From Psammoneis japonica (taxonomy: Eukaryota): a DNA stretch of 64,000 nt. This document shows, piece by piece, positions 62,029 through 64,000 of this stretch. The number at the start of each line of letters is the position of its first letter. Within the stretch, counting starts at the first letter, position 1. The stretch spans positions 62,001 through 126,000 of the forward strand of contig QPGO01000156.1 in the NCBI GenBank assembly GCA_008632985.1, written 5' to 3'. The notes under the pieces were generated by a model, which saw only the letters and a list, made by a program, of their open reading frames with translations, had not been told where the DNA came from and did not search any database. Made by a program: the position numbers and the translations under genes.

Positions 62029-64000
62029 TTAGGCATCGACCCACTCGCAATGCATCATCCTTTTTCCTTTCAGATGACGGCTTGCGCAAGATGAATTATA
62101 CCCCAACAAAAATCCCCACGTACCAAAGCCACCAATGTTGTAGCTCAGGCATCGACTCTCGCTGAGCAAATAAAGATCCACAAAAATCGAGTAGTATTCA
62201 GAAGGCTGCCGTGTTGTGCCGTTGTTTGCTCTGTCGATATGTAGAGGCTCATCATCATGGAGTAAACCCACAATGGGCTTTGAAATTAGCTTGGCATATT
62301 CTTGAACAATTTCAACCGCGTGTTTTGAATCAGAAGCAAAGTAGATAGGACCGCCCGGACGCAAACGGGAAGCGCAGTTGACGGCATTAATGGCAAACTC
62401 GGCAGTTTCTTTCTCTGAGCGTTCTGCTCGGGCATACAAGGCACGGAGATGAGCTGCTGCATACTCACCCGGCTTTAACCCCAGGCTTGCCATGCTTTCT
62501 GAAATGAGTTTCGCCACGGGTGGTGCGGGTGTAAAGATGGAATGGAACATTTCGTGGTAAAACCTGTCATGCGTTGTACTCGTCCACTCCTCGAATTGAG
62601 CAGCTCCTCCTGAAATGCTTTGTATTCGCAGTCGTACTATTGTATCGTCGATCTCATTCAGTCTTCTATGAGCGAAATCAAGATCGTATAACTTTGTATG
62701 GTCTTCTAGCTCTGACTCCATCCATGAAGGAAGTGACCAGTTCAGTCCTCCGACAGGGGGGACCAAGAATTCCTCCAGTCTACATGGCTTGTTCCAATAC
62801 ATGAGCAAGATTCTCCTTGTTCTGAATGCAAGGTAGAGTATGGCCGGCAAGGGCTTTAGTCGATCCGCTGTACCACCGCACTTGTCGTCCTCCAGTGTGC
62901 ACACCATAATGAGAAACCGATTAGATTCCCAATTTGCTTTTGTCAGCTGTTCCCGCTGTTCGGTATGCCATTGAAAGTAGTCCTCCAACCACGATGGCAG
63001 TGTCGAAGTTCCATTTCGCATGGGAATCAGCTTGACCTCCCTTTCTTTGAACCGCTTATCCTCCATGGTAGTGCCGACCCCTTCATCCCTGACGAGAGCA
63101 TCAATTGGCGGTTCAAACTTCGCGGGTTTGTATTCAGAGTAAGGTCGTGTTTCACCATCCTTCCAGTCAAAATTGATCAGCGTATGCCTGTTATTTGGTC
63201 GAACATAGCGCGTTCCACAAGACCAATTGCTACTTATCATCAGGCCCCAGTTACCAAATCCACCCTCATTATATGACACACAATTCCCAAGCCCAATCAG
63301 ATACAAGTCTCTAAACGTTGAATAATATTCTGAGGGGTGCCGATCTTTCCAGTTATCGGCCTTGTCCAAATGAAGTGGATTCTCATCATCGTGTACAGAT
63401 ACGATTTTCGTGGACTTGTTCGCTCCGTATTCTTCAGCAAACTTTACAGCGTCCTTGGAATCGGTCGCAAAGTAAATCGGACTGCCAGGGTTGAGACCGG
63501 ACGCGCAGTTCAGAGCTGTTGACGCCATGGCATGGATTTCGTGAAGCGGTCGACGCTTCCTTCCATACAAGGCCCGCAAATGTGCTGCCGCGTATTGCCT
63601 AGGATTTAAACCCATGGTCTTCAAACTTTCTTGGATCATCACTGCAACGGGTGGGACTGGAGTGAAGAAAACTCTCCACAAATCGTGGTAAACCGCCCAA
63701 AATGTTGTTTCGTTTGTCCGTTCGTCAAACCAGGTTGCACCAGCACTATAAGACTGATAGCGAGACAATGCAACGGACGCTTTTGATCGACTTAGGCTTT
63801 CTAGTAATGGCATACTCGGTGCAAAAGGTTTTCGCGGGAGTTGGGATTCAAGCCAGTCCGGAACACGCCAATCCAGACCACCTTGCGGCGGAAGTAAGAA
63901 CTCTTCTAGTTTGCATGGTTTCTCCCAACGAATCAAGAGAATGCGATTTGTGTGATTCGCTAGCAAAGTCATAGTAGGTATCGGTTTGATTCGGTCTGCG
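62029..64000 (-). CDS. O-fucosyltransferase-like glycosyltransferase with two tandem domains; 5' end outside the window
   Basis: Duplicated LEEFLxPPxGGLxW, YAAAHLRALY, IYFAxDS, PLHxD, DLYL...GGFG; CGGTADRL. Confidence 0.7.
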   Translation of the reverse strand, partial: ADRIKPIPTMTLLANHTNRILLIRWEKPCKLEEFLLPPQGGLDWRVPDWLESQLPRKPFAPSMPLLESLSRSKASVALSRYQSYSAGATWFDERTNETTFWAVYHDLWRVFFTPVPPVAVMIQESLKTMGLNPRQYAAAHLRALYGRKRRPLHEIHAMASTALNCASGLNPGSPIYFATDSKDAVKFAEEYGANKSTKIVSVHDDENPLHLDKADNWKDRHPSEYYSTFRDLYLIGLGNCVSYNEGGFGNWGLMISSNWSCGTRYVRPNNRHTLINFDWKDGETRPYSEYKPAKFEPPIDALVRDEGVGTTMEDKRFKEREVKLIPMRNGTSTLPSWLEDYFQWHTEQREQLTKANWESNRFLIMVCTLEDDKCGGTADRLKPLPAILYLAFRTRRILLMYWNKPCRLEEFLVPPVGGLNWSLPSWMESELEDHTKLYDLDFAHRRLNEIDDTIVRLRIQSISGGAAQFEEWTSTTHDRFYHEMFHSIFTPAPPVAKLISESMASLGLKPGEYAAAHLRALYARAERSEKETAEFAINAVNCASRLRPGGPIYFASDSKHAVEIVQEYAKLISKPIVGLLHDDEPLHIDRANNGTTRQPSEYYSIFVDLYLLSESRCLSYNIGGFGTWGFLLGYNSSCASRHLKGKRMMHCEWVDA

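Overview
Eukaryotic nuclear DNA, most likely from a pennate diatom: short GT-AG introns, ASAF-like plastid presequences, a CoDi-type copia element and an HA-domain protein. Two transposon-rich blocks (1-~4.2 kb and ~7.5-25.4 kb) sit in gene-dense host DNA. The host genes include PLAC8, MYND/RING/TPR, bestrophin, msrA, a mitochondrial carrier, a PRTase, UBE2J, roadblock, MUS81, SLC35, AKR, TMEM97, YtoQ, SPO11, six ricin-B-like lectins, ArfB/ICT1 and a glycosyltransferase-like gene. The main signal is that TpA is almost entirely erased inside the TE blocks, converted to TpG or CpA on both strands. The two 184-bp LTRs of one copia element show this happened after insertion (14 vs 2 TpA), and conserved Tyr residues in pol read Cys/His, which fixes the direction as TA loss. 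This looks like a RIP-like, TE-domain-targeted hypermutation running opposite to fungal RIP. It acts faster than CpG decay and spreads into adjacent host sequence. Many host genes carry 1-bp frameshifts that are probably assembly errors, so a base-calling artefact must be excluded. All counts and alignments were done by eye and no database searches were run.
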